The notes below the pieces were generated by a model, which had not been told where the DNA came from, searched no databases, and saw only the letters and a list, made by a program, of their open reading frames with translations. This document shows, in pieces, positions 44,700 through 58,920 of a DNA stretch of 64,000 nt. The stretch lies in assembly GCF_009914755.1 (NCBI RefSeq), contig NC_060936.1. One strand, written 5' to 3'. The stretch is from the human T2T-CHM13v2.0 reference genome, Homo sapiens. Both the position numbers and the translations under genes were made by a program. Numbering within the stretch: the stretch's first letter is position 1; each line of letters opens with the position of its first letter.

Positions 44700-45215
44700 A
44701 TTAAAAGGCAGTGCATTCTCAGTGAAAATCCCAAATATGCCACTAATTATTGTGTAACTTTGGGCAAGATTTTAATGATTCTATATCTCAGTTTCCTCAT
44801 CAGTAAAATGTGGATAACATTAACATATATTAGACAGGGCTGGCTATCTCTTCAACAAAATCTGCTCTCCCCTTCTTAATCAAGTTTTGCTAGGAAGCAT
44901 TTATTCATTAATGGACCCTCTTTCTCAGCTCTTACTGCAGCCAGATGTGGTCATGTTTCTAGCTCTTGTTGATGAAATCTGAATAGAAGTGATGTTTGTC
45001 TCTTTCAAATTAAGATTGTTAAGAAGAGCATGCTTTCTCTCCATGAAGGAAAGCTGCCTACCAAACAGGAATAATCCCCTTTGACTATATAATTGAGTCA
45101 TTGTTTTTGCGCCATTTGCTACCTTAGTTTACCATATACTAACAACTGACCTAGAATTGTTGTGAAGAACATTTTAACACATAGCCTCACTGACAGTAAA
45201 ATCTTAGTAAATGTT
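44700..45215 (+). mobile_element. MIR interrupted by an old MLT1 LTR fragment (~44830-45140)
   Basis: tgtgtaactttgggcaag...ctcagtttcctcatcagtaaaatg; gcagccagatgtggtcatg. Confidence 0.55.
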
Positions 45216-46139
45216 AGCAATTTATAAGTAATGCTTTTACTGGGAACTATTTGTTGATATTTACTAGTTCTGTTAACAATCAGTTCCTTCTATAAGAAGC
45301 TAAAAGAAATGTCAATCAACTTGATAAGAGTATAAACACTAAATCCAACTTGTTAAGCCCATAATATGAACATGCTATTTGATTCAAAAAGTATTTTATA
45401 TTATCTGAAGTAAACATGTTATTCTGTCAATAATGAACTTCCAAAGTTTTTCACAATAAGTGCCTGCTTCTTTTATATTTATCAAGGTATTTATTTAATA
45501 CATGAATACATGAATGATCCAAAATAGTAACTGTCTTAAAACCAGCTTATAGCAACTTTGTATACTGGTCTCAGACAATGCAGTAAAAATGAATGTATAG
45601 AGGTTCAGCAATTGTTTTCCAGCCTTCTTTAATGTTGAAGGGAGTCAATAACTAAAATAGCCCAGCTGTGAATTTGATAAACTGGTAGTGCTATATTTAG
45701 TAATCCATTCAATAATCAATAAGCTATGAATTGTATTGGATGTATAAATATAATCTAGTGTAAAAATTACTCTTTGACAGACTATATCAGAAATATTATT
45801 TCTTAGAAATTCTTTTTGACTTGGTTAACATGTTCTCAGTCATTTCCACAATATCAGTCATCAGATTGTTGTTTTATACAGAAACAAACCCCCTTCACAA
45901 GCCATCATTCTCCAACTCTTTAAAATCATATAGGATTTCTGTGTATTTCACAACTAATTAAATGGCAAATTATCTTTACTTTCTGTTTTATTCTGTGGGA
46001 AGTATTATAAAATCCAAGCCACTGAAACAGATGATGAATTTGACTAAAATAAGAATGTATTTTTGCACAATAATGAAATATTTAAGTGCACTGTATTTGC
46101 TCCTTGACACTTTTTATAAGTTAAAAAATAATATTACCC

Positions 46140-46690
46140 AATAGGTGCTTTTTGAGCCCTCATCCTCCACCTTACTTCCCCCCTCTAGTAGTCCTCAATG
46201 TCAATTGTTCCCATCTTTATATCCATATGTATTCAATATTTTCCTCCCACTTATAAGTGAGAGCATGTGGTATTTATTTTTCTATTCTTGTGTTAATTTG
46301 CTTAGGATAATGGTCTCCAGCTGCATCCATGTTGCTGCAAAGGACATGATTTCATTCTTTTTTATGGCTGTGTAGTATTCCATGGTGTATATGTACCACT
46401 TTTTCTTTATCCAATCCACGGTTGATAGGCAGGTAGGCTGATTCTATGTCTCTTCCATGTGAATAGTGCTGTGAAGAACACACGAATATATGTGTCTTTT
46501 TGGTAGAACAACTTATTTTCCTATGGGTATATATCCAGTACTGGGATTGCTGAGTCAAATAGTAGCTCTGTTTTAAGTTATTTGAGAAATATCCAAACTG
46601 CTTTCCACAGTGGCTGAACTAATTTACATTTCTACAAACAGTATATAAGCCTTCACTTTTCTTTATAACCTCTCCAACATCTGCTATTAA
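46140..46690 (-). mobile_element. L1PA15/16-like 3' fragment
   Basis: ctcccacttataagtgagagcatgtgg...tctttttggtagaacaacttattttcc. Confidence 0.8.
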
Positions 46691-46714
46691 AGTTTTTATT
46701 ATTTATTTATTTAT

Positions 46715-47032
46715 TTCAAATATTAAAGAGTTTATCTGAGCAAAAAGAATTCAAAAATTGGGCAGCATTCAAAATCAAAAGAAGTTCACAGAGCTCTGCT
46801 GCAACAGTGTGGGCAATGTGCTTTTAAGAAAATATATTTGATTTATTAGAGTGGAAATTCTCTAGGTAGAGGTTAGTTGGTGGTTTCTGATTGGCAAAGT
46901 CTTTAGTTTTGTTTTACTGTTTACATTGGGCTTTTGGATTGCTTATATAGGAACCCAAAGTGTTGGAGTCATCTCAGCCTGATGACCTCCCAATTAAAAA
47001 AAAATTGTAACATCTTTAAGGCAATGGTCTTA
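46715..47032 (-). mobile_element. ERV1-type LTR fragment (family uncertain)
   Basis: agagtttatctgagcaaa...gtttctgattgg...ctcagcct...taaca. Confidence 0.5.
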
Positions 47033-47049
47033 AAAATTTCTATTTACTC

Positions 47050-47738
47050 TCTTTTTTAAAAAAAAAAATGCATGCACAGGTTTGTTTTATAGGTAAATTG
47101 CATGTCTCAGGAGTTTTGTGTACAGATTGTTTTGTCACCTAGGTAATAAGCATAGTACCCGATAGATAGTTTTTCAATCCTCATCCTCCTCCCACCCTCC
47201 ACCCTCAAGAAGGCCCCAGTGTCTATTGTTACCTACATCATTTCCATTTGAGAACAAATTTTAGCTCCCACTTCTAAGTGAGAACATGCAGTATTTGCTT
47301 TTCTGTTCCTATGTTAGTTCACTTAGGATAATGGCCTCCAGCTCCATCCATGTTGCTGCAAAAGATGTGGTCTCATTCTTTCTTATGGCCGCATAGTATT
47401 TCATGGTGTATAAGTATCACATATTCTTTATCCAGTTTACCATTGATAGGCATTTAGGTTGATTCCATGTCTTTGCTATTGTGAATATTTTTAAATAATA
47501 GCCATTTTGACTGGTGCAAGATGGTATCTTGTTGTGTTTTTGATTTGCATTTCTCTGATGATTAGTGATGTCGAGCATTTTTTCATGTTTATTGGCCACT
47601 TGTATGTCTTCTTTTGAGAAGTGGCTGTTCATATTCTTTATTCACTTTTTAATGAGGTTATTTAGTTTTCTGCTTGCTGAACTGTTTAAGTTCTTTACAG
47701 ATTCTAGACATTAGACCTTTGTTCAATGCATAGTTGGC
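47050..47738 (-). mobile_element. L1PA15/16-like 3' fragment
   Basis: ggtaataagcatagtacccgatagatagtttttcaatcc. Confidence 0.8.
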
Positions 47739-47739
47739 A

Positions 47740-48530
47740 CAAGAAAAAACAAATGTTGGTGAGGATGCAGAAAAAGAACACTTATATACTGTTGGTGGAA
47801 ATGAAAATTAGTACAGCCAATTTGGGAAACAGAAGGTAAGTTTCTTAAAAATTTTAAACTAGAACTACTATATAATCCAACAATCTAACTTTAAGGTATA
47901 TACAAAAAGGAGTTGAAATTAGCGTGTTGATGAGACATCTGCACTCCCATGTTCATTGCAACATTATTTACAATAGCCAAGATACGAATCAAACTAAGTG
48001 TCCATCAGTGAATGAATAAACAAAGAAAATGAGTATATACACACAATAGAATACTATTCAGTCTTAGAAAAGAAGGAAATTCTGTCATTTGTGACAAGGT
48101 GAATGAAACTGGAGGACTTTATGCTCAGTGAAATATGCCAGACACAGAAAAATAAATACTGTATGATCTCACATATACATGGAAACTAAAAAATGTGAAT
48201 TCATAGAAGCAGAGAGTAGGATGGTGGTTACCTGGGGATGGGGGCCAAACAGAGGGGATGAGGAGATGTTGGTCAAAGTGTACAAAGTTTCAGTCAGACA
48301 GGAGGAATAAGTTCTGGACATCTGTTGTCCATTACGATGAGTATAATTAACAAAACATATTGTATACTTAAAAATTGCTAAGTGAGTAGACTTCAAATGT
48401 TCTCATTACAAAAAATAATAAGTATGTGAGTTAATGGATATGTTAATTAGCTTGATTTAATCATTCAACAACATAGACCTATACTGAAACATCACATTGC
48501 ACATAATATACACAATAAAAAATAAATAAA
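47740..48530 (+). mobile_element. L1MA-type 3' end
   Basis: cagtcagacaggaggaataagttctgg...gttaattagcttgatttaatcattc. Confidence 0.82.
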
Positions 48531-50549
48531 ACAATTTAAAAATTAAATAAAATAATATTAAAACATTTCTCATGAATATACTCATGAAAGACAATTATCT
48601 GAGGAAATGTGAACTAAAAATAAGTAGTAAAATTTTCTTTTTTCCTGAGTCAAATTTGGGAGTTAGGGAAGCTTCCTCTGTTTTCTGTCAAGGATTAACA
48701 TGGTTCTGTAGATTTCCCAAAATGATCTGCTTATGGAAGAATATATTTAAACCTAAATGGCAACGTAAACCAAGGATCAATGGTTATCAGTACAGTTTAA
48801 TAAAAAGCAAATATAAATCAACACTATTTTCCAAAGATTTTCATAATTAATTTATAAGTAAAAATTAATTTAAAAATTAAGTAAAAATTAATTATAACAT
48901 TAATTTAAATTAACTAAAATAACTAAGTTACAAATACTTTGGTAATTTAACATTCAAAAATAAATTATAAACTTCCACACAGGCATATTTGTAAATGAGG
49001 GGCTCCTGACCAATTGTTTCTACTAGAAATGTTTTCTGGAAAATTAAACAACTTCAAATTTAATATGACTGAAATCTTCATATATAAGTTACAGAGATAA
49101 AATCATGTGTCCCTTAAAGAACAACAACAGAGTTGTAGTCCTTAAATATTGCCTTAATGTCTTGAAGATCACAAAGAAAGCAATCCCAAAACACTTCTTA
49201 TCATAAAATGCAAGTCAATGTTCATGAATGCATGAATAATACAGCCTTTTGGTGTTTCAGTGTGAGTCTATTACATCTGAAACTGATTTATATAAGAAAA
49301 CAAATTATATTATAAAACTAGATATCTAGAAGAGTTAGGGTAGTTAATGCATGATACATGCAATCAGATTATCTTAGTCTTCCCGTTCTTGCATATTCCA
49401 AAATCCAATTCTTTCCCAACATGAAGAGAAAATTGTGTTCCTGACCAACTAATGTCTGCATGCTGTTTTCTCATATTATTTTATTCAGCATAGCCTGTTC
49501 CTAACGTAGTCAAATACAAAAAAAAAAAAAAAACCTATGAGGAAAGCAATAATTTTAAAGAACTACACGGGGCCTGAGTGTTTATCTGGCTTCAATTTAC
49601 AGAAGAAAACCAGGAAACATGAAAATATCGGGAGAAAATAAAATGTAACTAAATAGGAAAAGATACCTTTGATGGAGCAGTGATTCTGAATTCATTCAAT
49701 GCTTGCTCTTCCACATAAATGGGCAGCTTCTGCTAGTCTGTCCTTTCCATCTGAACTAGATAATGGTAGCTAATATTTATTTCATATGCATTATATGCCA
49801 GGTATCTTTGCAAGCACATTAAATACACTAAATCACTTAATCTCTGCAGGAGCCTATAGAATAAATTATTATTATCCTGTTCACCATTTAACAGATAATA
49901 TTATATGAAATAATATGGAAGTTAATATTACCCGTAATTATAGAGAGCATAGAATTTGTCATCTATTTTGAAATACTTTGAGAATGAAAGTATGAGTAAT
50001 TAGGACAGACATTAATTAGGGCTGTCACAGGCAAACCAAAACATATGATCATCCTACTTGTATTAAATAACGGTTTTAAGAAAATAGAAGTGACATTATA
50101 AATATTCTTTTAACATTTAAAAATTAGTACAATTTTGAATTTTTATTTTATTAGTTTCTAATACTTGAGACGGACTATATAGTATTGCAGTATTATTCAC
50201 AATAGGTAGCAGTGTCGATAGAATTTTCAGCAATGTTTGTTTTATACTTCAAATAAGCAGGAAAAAAATTTGGCAGAGGACCCAGATAAGAAAAATACAG
50301 ATAATTTTAGTTCCCTTTAGATGTACAGAAATTGCAAACTTTAAGATAAAATTGCTTAAGTCTTTATAGGAACCATATCTATTGCAAAGGTTTCTTGTTC
50401 TCAGAAATGTCAGCATAAAATAATTGCTAAAAGATATAATGCATTCACTTAACACGTTTGTTCAGGACATATATGCAATCTAATATTTCTTTTTACTTAG
50501 ATCTAAATACTGAATAGTTAAGAGTCACAATTATTCAGAGAAATTGACT

Positions 50550-51270
50550 TATCTAACATCTATTGACTACCTACTATGTGCGGAGCATTTAAGGATGTTG
50601 AGAAGAAAAACAGTTAAATTATACTTAGGGGGATGCAAGTAGAGAAAGACAGAAGAGTCACTAGGTACATAATTGAACAATCATGACATATCAGCTATTA
50701 GTAATTGATATAAAAATAGATTATTGAAATAGTAACTTAAAGGTAGCAGAGTTTTGCTGGGTTTTCAAGGAATTCCTGTCACAGGAGTAAACACTTGAGT
50801 TGGAATTTTAATGATAGGGAATGAATGAGAAAGTTGGGGGAAGCATTTGGGGCAGAGGAAAAAGCAGATGCAAAGACCTGAGTTGGGAACAAATCCAGGT
50901 AGCTGAAGGGGCGGAAGAATCCAATAAGCTAGAAAGTAGATACAGCAGGAGAGCATGGTTCCAAGTAAGGTTGGGAGTTGACCCAGGCCAGAGCACAAGA
51001 GTTTGGGGACATAGTACTTACTATGGGTTTAATCTAAGCGCAAAAACAAATGCCATTAGAGTCTTAATCAGTGGGTACCATTATTTGATATCCTTTTTAG
51101 ATGTATCACTTTGGCTACAATACAAATAACAGATTATGGGAGGGCAGAATGGAAACAGTGAAATAAGCAGATAGCTAAACAGTGGCTTCCGTTTGGGTGG
51201 GGGTATTGGAAATGGGAAGTGGTGGGTTCAGTTGGAATATATTTCCAAAATTGAAACAAGAAAGATTTAC
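50550..51270 (-). mobile_element. L2 fragment
   Basis: tattgactacctactatgtg...ggcagaggaaaaagcagatgcaaagacctgag. Confidence 0.65.
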
Positions 51271-52010
51271 TGAAATCATAGCTCCTTTTTCTGTCATAAT
51301 TGTTGCCTCATTAATGAGACCAGTTTTTTATTTTTCTGTTATAGTTTGTTTCGTTTTTCACCTGTCACGGGATTCAGGGAGTCAATTAACAGATTTCAGG
51401 TGTTCAGTGAACTCCCTACAATTGTATGCAAAATAATTGAGTGCATTTATTTATGTATACAATGTTAAGGGGAAAAGAGTTAATTACTGTCATCAGGTAA
51501 TCAGAGGTCTGTGACCCAAAGTGAGGCAAGAACTATTGAGCTTATATTTCTAAATATTTCATACATGGTTTCCCATGACCTGGTTATTTTTCTGTTTTCT
51601 TCTCTTAATATCCCTGCCTGGTAATTTACATTTTAATAATACTGAACTGCCTCATCTCTTTCCAAATACACTGATATTTCTTTCTCCAATATCTCTTCTC
51701 TATTATAATGCTGTATTATTTGCCTCAGCATTTTTGGTTTGGCAAATTTTCCTCATCCTTCAAGTTTTGGCTAAGACATCAACTTCTGTTAGAAGTATCA
51801 TCTGAACTCCTAAATTGAGCTTAATCATTCCCCTTATATGTCCCAAAAGTTTATTTAAAAGATACTGTGCTTTAAAGCTTTAAAATTTAGGTGGAATATA
51901 ACGCCTGATTTGTGATACACTCTAGATGAAGGTAGCAATTATTTCATTATAGAATTCCCAAACAATAACATATAATTTCACATTATTTATTGTTCATATA
52001 TGAAATACTT

Positions 52011-52044
<34 letters not shown>

Positions 52045-52076
52045 TATATATATATGTAAGGTATATATAGACATAT
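52011..52076. repeat. (TA)n(CA)n microsatellite
   Basis: Directly visible. Confidence 0.9.
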
Positions 52077-53514
52077 ACCTTGTTGTTCCTGTCTAATCCC
52101 TCTACTTCAAACTTCAAACTCATGTGATGGTCCTGTATTTCTTAATAATTTCAGTTTATAACAATTTATACCTAAATACAGGACAAGAACTGTGCTTTTA
52201 ACCTGTGTTTGTTTTTGAGGCTTAAAAAATTAATTTTCAGACAATTCTGGTTATATTTCTCATTTGGTCTGCCACAGTGTATTCTCAATATGACTTTCCA
52301 TTACAAACGAATGTACATAATTACCAACTTATTTAATATCATTCATATGGTATAATGTATATTTTAAGCAATTTTTGAAATTACAAAAATATTATAATCA
52401 TTTTACAGAAGAGAGAAAGAACAATAAATGAAGTCACTCAAAATGCTACCAGTTTAATACACTGTGATGTGATGCTGTTCCTCAATTTAAGATTTCTTTT
52501 GTCCTTTTTTCCATACTTACAATATCTATCCCTTTTTTCAACTTAAAAAAAAGTATCTTCCTTTTTAATGTAAATTTTATAGTGCTTAGTTTTGAATTGT
52601 ATACAATATTCTTATGTAAATAAACTATTAATTATGTAAGAATTTCTTTATTAGAGTCTATTTGTGAATTTGTTTTCATACTGGTGTTATTTCATTACAC
52701 AAGATTCACAGTATTGGTATTACTGATCAAAGATAATTAACCTAAAATAGCTGTTGATACAGATTGCCTAATGTATATCCAATACAGTTGTACAATTACA
52801 AAGTCACCATCAATAAAGGATAAGCCACTGTATATCACATTTTCCCATATAAATATTATTCACTATATCTTATTTAATGGATGCATAGAACATGATTTTT
52901 CATTTTCCTTTATTTTGCATTAGTATCATTGTGCAACTGAAATAGAATTTTTAAAATTATACATTTAAGTACTAATGATATTTCCTCTTTTGTTTGCCTA
53001 TTTCCCGTTCATCATGTTATTTTTTTCCTCATTAACTTGTAAAAATTATTTTAAAGACAAGCAATTACTTCTACCATACTTGCAATTTTGTCTTAAAATG
53101 TGTTAACACACTGAACACTAATTGAACTATTTTATGTCACAAGCACCATGACAACAGGTTTATATACACCGGCTCACTCAATTCTTAACAATAATTATGA
53201 GACAGGTGCTATTGTTAGCTCCATTTCATAGATAGGAAACTAAGGTATACAACAATTAAGTAGCAGTAGGAAAGCCGGATTCCAAAATCAAGCAGATTGA
53301 TTTTCAAGCTCTGATTAGTTCCTCAGAAAAAATCTAACGCCTTACAATGATATATTTCCTTTGGTTTATCTTTGAGCAGAGTTATTTAAGGCTCTGACTA
53401 TGAAGAATTCCTTTGTGCTTAATTTATATTTTTGTCCTGTGATTAGAAGGGGGAATTACTAATTTCTAATCATATCCTTCTTTGTGAAATATATTTTTTA
53501 AAAATGTTACAATT

Positions 53515-53740
53515 CCTGGCCAACATGGTGAAACCCCGTCTCTACTAAAACTACAAAAATTAGCCGGGCATGGTGGTGCGCATCTGTAATCCCAGCAACT
53601 CAGGAGGCTGAGAGAATTGCTTGAACCCGGGAGGCGGAGGTTGCAGTGAGCCGAGATCATGCCATTGCACTCCAGCTTGAGCGAGACAGCGAGACTCTGT
53701 CTTCTCCCCGAAAAAATGAAAATAAATAAATATAAATAAA
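53515..53740 (+). mobile_element. 5'-truncated AluS
   Basis: Starts cctggccaacatggtgaaacccc; A-rich tail. Confidence 0.88.
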
Positions 53741-54199
53741 TTATAACTCTTTAAAATCTAAACTCTACCAATTTCTGGAAGCATGTATACAGAAGTTAGA
53801 TACTTATGTAATAGCACATCATCTCAGTTACATAGTATGCAACATGAATAGTACCCACTAGCTTTGCGTACACACAATACCACAATTGCGCATTGTGGCC
53901 CTGAGTTAGTATAATTTTATATCCAACTACTAACTTATAAGATCAGATAAAATAAATGTTGTCGCTTATCTATTAGGTACTTTTAGTGATGTCATGTGGG
54001 CTATTGAGACCTTAAATATGCATGGTCCTGGACTGTGGTTTCTATGCTATATGAAGACATAGAGAATTGCTTTGTTTCTCTTAAAAATATTTCTTAAACC
54101 AAATATGCAATGTAAATATTAGTTCCTCTATATAAATAGTGAATTTAATAATAAGCCCATAGGAAATATCAATATCACAGAGATTTAAAAAAACAAAAC

Positions 54200-54400
54200 T
54201 AAGATTTTGAATTAGAAAGACTAGAATTCCAAAATCTGTCACTATGTGGCCTTGAGCAGGTAAATACCTTTCAGTTTCCCTATGTTTAAAATAGGGATAC
54301 GAAATCCACCTTCTCTCAGTTATATTTTGGGGATTATATGTGACATTTAATGTAGTAAGAAAACAAGTTAGAGATTAAGTGTTGAATAAATGCTGGTTAT
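54200..54400 (+). mobile_element. MIR
   Basis: tgtggccttgagcagg...tcagtttccctatgtttaaaatagggata. Confidence 0.6.
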
Positions 54401-55280
54401 TAATGTAAAATAAGGCCAGAATTCAATAGTAATCTCAAAACAGTATCTTTAAAAGATATCTGGTTGGTTTGAATACAGAGCTTTTTCAGTTTTACTCTTG
54501 AGCCTCTGCCTTAAAGCCCTCTGAGGCCTTCTTCACTTCAGTGGGTATACATATAATAAATTAGGCCACTGTGAAAAATATACACTTGACCTGGTTGTCA
54601 GTGAATTATAGCTTGTTTCAGTTGGGAGAATTTTGAGCCCCCTCCCATTATCTGTTTTTCAGTTAAATCAAAACTGAAAACATAATTATTTCCATTTATT
54701 TTCCAGATTGCTAAATGTGATGACTTCATTTATTATTAAGAGCAGCAGTTGGTAACATCTCAGAGCGTGCAAATCAGTTAATCCACTGTGACTAGGTTTT
54801 CTTCTCTCTTTTCAATTGGACTGCAGTCTTCTTATTGCTCCAAAATGGAATTATGTTCAATATAAGAAAGAATCAGTAGTTTGTTTATCAATAATCAGGT
54901 AGATTATGCTCTAATAATAAGCTATAGAGGTAATAAGCTATAGAGGGTTTTGAGCTGATAAAATAAGAACTCATAGCATATTATAAGAACTTGAGTTTGA
55001 TATATTTAGCTTAAACACAGGACAATGCTTTAGAAACACCATAAATGATTTTAATGCTGACTTGCTTACCTCTGTCATCTAAATTAATTGCAGTATAATA
55101 AAGATTAAGGCCAACTGTGGCAAACATTTCTAGTAAAGTACAATGAACAAACGTATATTTTATTTTTGATATTGACGTGTGAAATGTAAGATTTAAATTT
55201 ATTTTAAAAATGAAATAATTTTTATTTAACTAGTGGTCTAAAATCAAGATGGAAATTTTTACATAAAAATGTACATACTT

Positions 55281-55575
<295 letters not shown>

Positions 55576-56489
55576 CTGACATACTTAATAAAATCATACC
55601 ATATCCTTATTAGAAATCTCACTAAGTATATATTGATGGCATTTATATTGTTACTAGTAGAAACAATTGTTTTCTTTTCTTCATTTTATCTAGTCCTTTT
55701 ACAAGGTGAAGAACCAGTAGGTGGTAGAATAAACTTTCAATCCCATTACGGAAAGAATAAATATTTCATATCCAAAAATTTTACTTTCCACATTTATCAT
55801 CCACCCTTTTATTACAAAATAATTATAATTGCTACTATAAAATTTACAGCATAATATTACTCATGTATTCATAAGTATGTTTGTAAATGCAAAATTTCTA
55901 CTGTTCTCTTGGGACTGTTTTGAATAGTAGATGTATATTTCATAAGGCTCTTCCAGTAAGAAAAATATTACTATTAACAAAGATAAACTCTAGTCTCTTT
56001 CCTACACTATGCCAATTATTTTATTCTAATTTTATTTTTCATGGCATTCTGGTGCTCACATTCATGATAATATTATCATGGAAATTCTTACTTTTAGAAA
56101 GTGTCATAGCTAAAACAGGAAATTATCACCATCTTAATCACACTTTTATTATGTCTATGAGGTAAAACAAAACCCAGAATCCAAGATACTGCTGAATTTT
56201 CAAACTCACATAAATATTTTAAAAGCAGGAAACTGAACATTTCCATTTGGAAAGCCAAATGAGAGTTCTTAGTGGCCAAAATATTCCAAATGAAATTTGA
56301 CCATATTTCAAATAAGTTGATTCTAAGTGTTATTCAACTGTATTGCTAGCTATTTCATTTCAACTCGTCCATGTAGTTGATTACTCATGTTTCTACTTTT
56401 TGTAAATTATTTCAGACCAGAGAATCTGGTGTTATTTTTATAATATTCTCTGAGAATAAACCGAGTTTATTTGAAAGTGATATAAAAAG

Positions 56490-56870
56490 TATTGTGAGAT
56501 TGCTGGCTCATATGATAGTCCTATTTTTAATTTTTTGAAGAACCTCCATAATGTTTTCCACAGCAGCTGCACCATTTTACATTCCCACTAACATTGTACA
56601 TGGGTTTCAATTTCTCGACATTCTTGCTAACATTTTTTATCTTTTGTTTTTAGATAATAGCCATCCTAACAGGTGATATCTCACTGCGGTTTGAATTTGC
56701 ATTTCTCTGATGATTAGTGATGTTGACCATCTTTGCATGATATTGAGCATCTGTTGGTCATTTGTATGTCTTCTTTGAAGAAATATCTATTGAAGTATTT
56801 TGCCCATTTTTTAATTTGATAATTTGCTATCAAGCTGTAAGAATTCTTCAGATGTTTTGGATTGTGTATA
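56490..56870 (-). mobile_element. L1MA/MB fragment
   Basis: ttttgaagaacctccata...tgcatttctctgatgattagtgatgttga. Confidence 0.75.
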
Positions 56871-56982
56871 TCTCCTTGTGTGCTAATATTTCCTTTGAGT
56901 ATATATGCCTTGAAATCTAATTACTAGTGAATATGTGAGTTTTCAATGTCAGAATACAATACCAAAATGGTGTGTGAAATAA

Positions 56983-58345
56983 TTTATTCATTCAGAAAAT
57001 TTTGAAAATATATTGTGCTAGATATTGTTTTAGATTCTTGGAATATATCGAAGAATGAAAACAGAGTACTGCCTTCAAGGAGTTTGCACTTTAGGTAAAG
57101 AGCACAATCACGTTAGTAAATCGCATAGTATTTTAGAAGGTGATAAGCACTATGGGAGAAAGGAAAAGTACTAATAAGTTTAAAAGGATCAGGAGAACTG
57201 CTGAACAGAGGCAGGTTGCATTTTAAAATTTCATTGAAAATTTATTTGAGCAATACTTGAAGGAGATAAGGATGTTGGACATGCAGATATCTAGTAGAAG
57301 GACTTTTCAAGTAGAAGGAGCAGTCAAAGCAAAATATATTTTGCAAAGAATGCCATTGTAGCTGAAGGAGTGGTTATGTAGGAATTAAATCAGAAAAATA
57401 GTGGTCAGTGGTGGCACTGATCATACAGGAACTTGTAGGTCATCGTAAGGATTTGGGATTCTTACTGAGGATAAAATGGGGTTTTCAGCAGATAGGAGAC
57501 ACGATCTAACTAGTGTTTTTAAAAGACCACCCCTGATACTATGTTGAGAATATACCACGAAGGGTCAAGGAAAGAAGCAGGGAGTCCAGAAAGAAGACTT
57601 GCAATAATTCAGGTGCAAGTTAATTGTGATTTGGCCTAAGGTTTCATGCTGGACTTTGTATAAAATGATTGGATTTTTGGAACATCTGAAAGGTAGACAG
57701 AAAAAAATTTCCTAAGAGAATGTATGTGGTATATCCAGATTTTCAAAAAATCAAAGATATCTCCAATATTTTTGGCCTGAGCAACTAGAAGTTTGAGCTG
57801 CCATCACCTGAAATGAGAACTCTAGGATGAAAAGTTAGTTGAAGAAAATCAAGAGCATAGTTTTGGATGTGTTTGATTATTCAAGTTTTAAAATACCTAT
57901 TTAGAATTTAAGTAAACATGTCAAGTACACAGTTTTATACCCACATCTGGAGTTTGAAATAGATGTCTTGGCTGAAAATATAAATCTGAGAGAAGTTGGA
58001 GTATCCAGGATAAGGCCAAAAGGATGTGAATGTAGGTAGAGAAGAAAATAGAATCAAGGAATTTGGGCATTTAAAGATTAAAAGGTCAAGGAGTAGAGGA
58101 GAGACTAGTGAAAAAGAGAGTGAATAGAGAGGTATGAAAAAAAGAAGAGTGGGGTGTCCAGAAAACTGATGACAGAAGTATATTAAGGTGTATATAGTGA
58201 TTAACTTTGTCAAATGCTGCTGACAGGTCACATAAAATGAGATCTGAGAATTTACCACCAGGCTCAAGCAATACACAAGTCACTGATGACCTTGACAAGA
58301 AAACTTTCACTGAAGTAATAGAAATTAAGCCTAATTGGAATGATA
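56983..58345 (-). mobile_element. L2a fragment
   Basis: ttattcattca...tttttggcctgagcaactagaag...gtcaaatgctgctgacaggtca...gtcactgatgaccttgacaag. Confidence 0.85.
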
Positions 58346-58920
58346 GCAAAGAAATACCAGTTTATAATTTCACCAACAGGATATGAGATCCAGCATGGTA
58401 TGACAGAAATAGTCATGCCATTTATCACTTTAATCTGAGAAGTAACTTCCTATAAGCAGGAAGTTTATAGTCTAGGCCAAATTTATTTAGTATTTTTGTA
58501 TCTCAGATTTCTCATCTGTAAAATAGGGTATAAAGCATAATTTTTATCATTGTTATGAGTTATGATAAAAAAACAAGACGTAACTATTGTAGAAACTCTA
58601 CTACTCTACCTGGCACAAAGTAGATGACTGATAAATATTTATTTTCTCTCTTCCTTCCCAGGAGATGGAAGTAGAAGAGCCTCAACCACATCATATCATA
58701 TTTTAGGAAAGAGGATGGACACAGGCATGAGTGAAACAAGACAAAGCTTTGAAGCTGATGTTCAAACTGAAGTTGTGAATGTGGAACTAGATGAACGAGA
58801 TGATTGTTCAGAATCATGCAGAAATACTGGTTAGAGGGATGGAGACTGGAATAAGACATTTGTAAATTAGCAAAAATATTACTGGAGTTGCAACATTTAT
58901 CAATGAAATTTGAAAGATCA

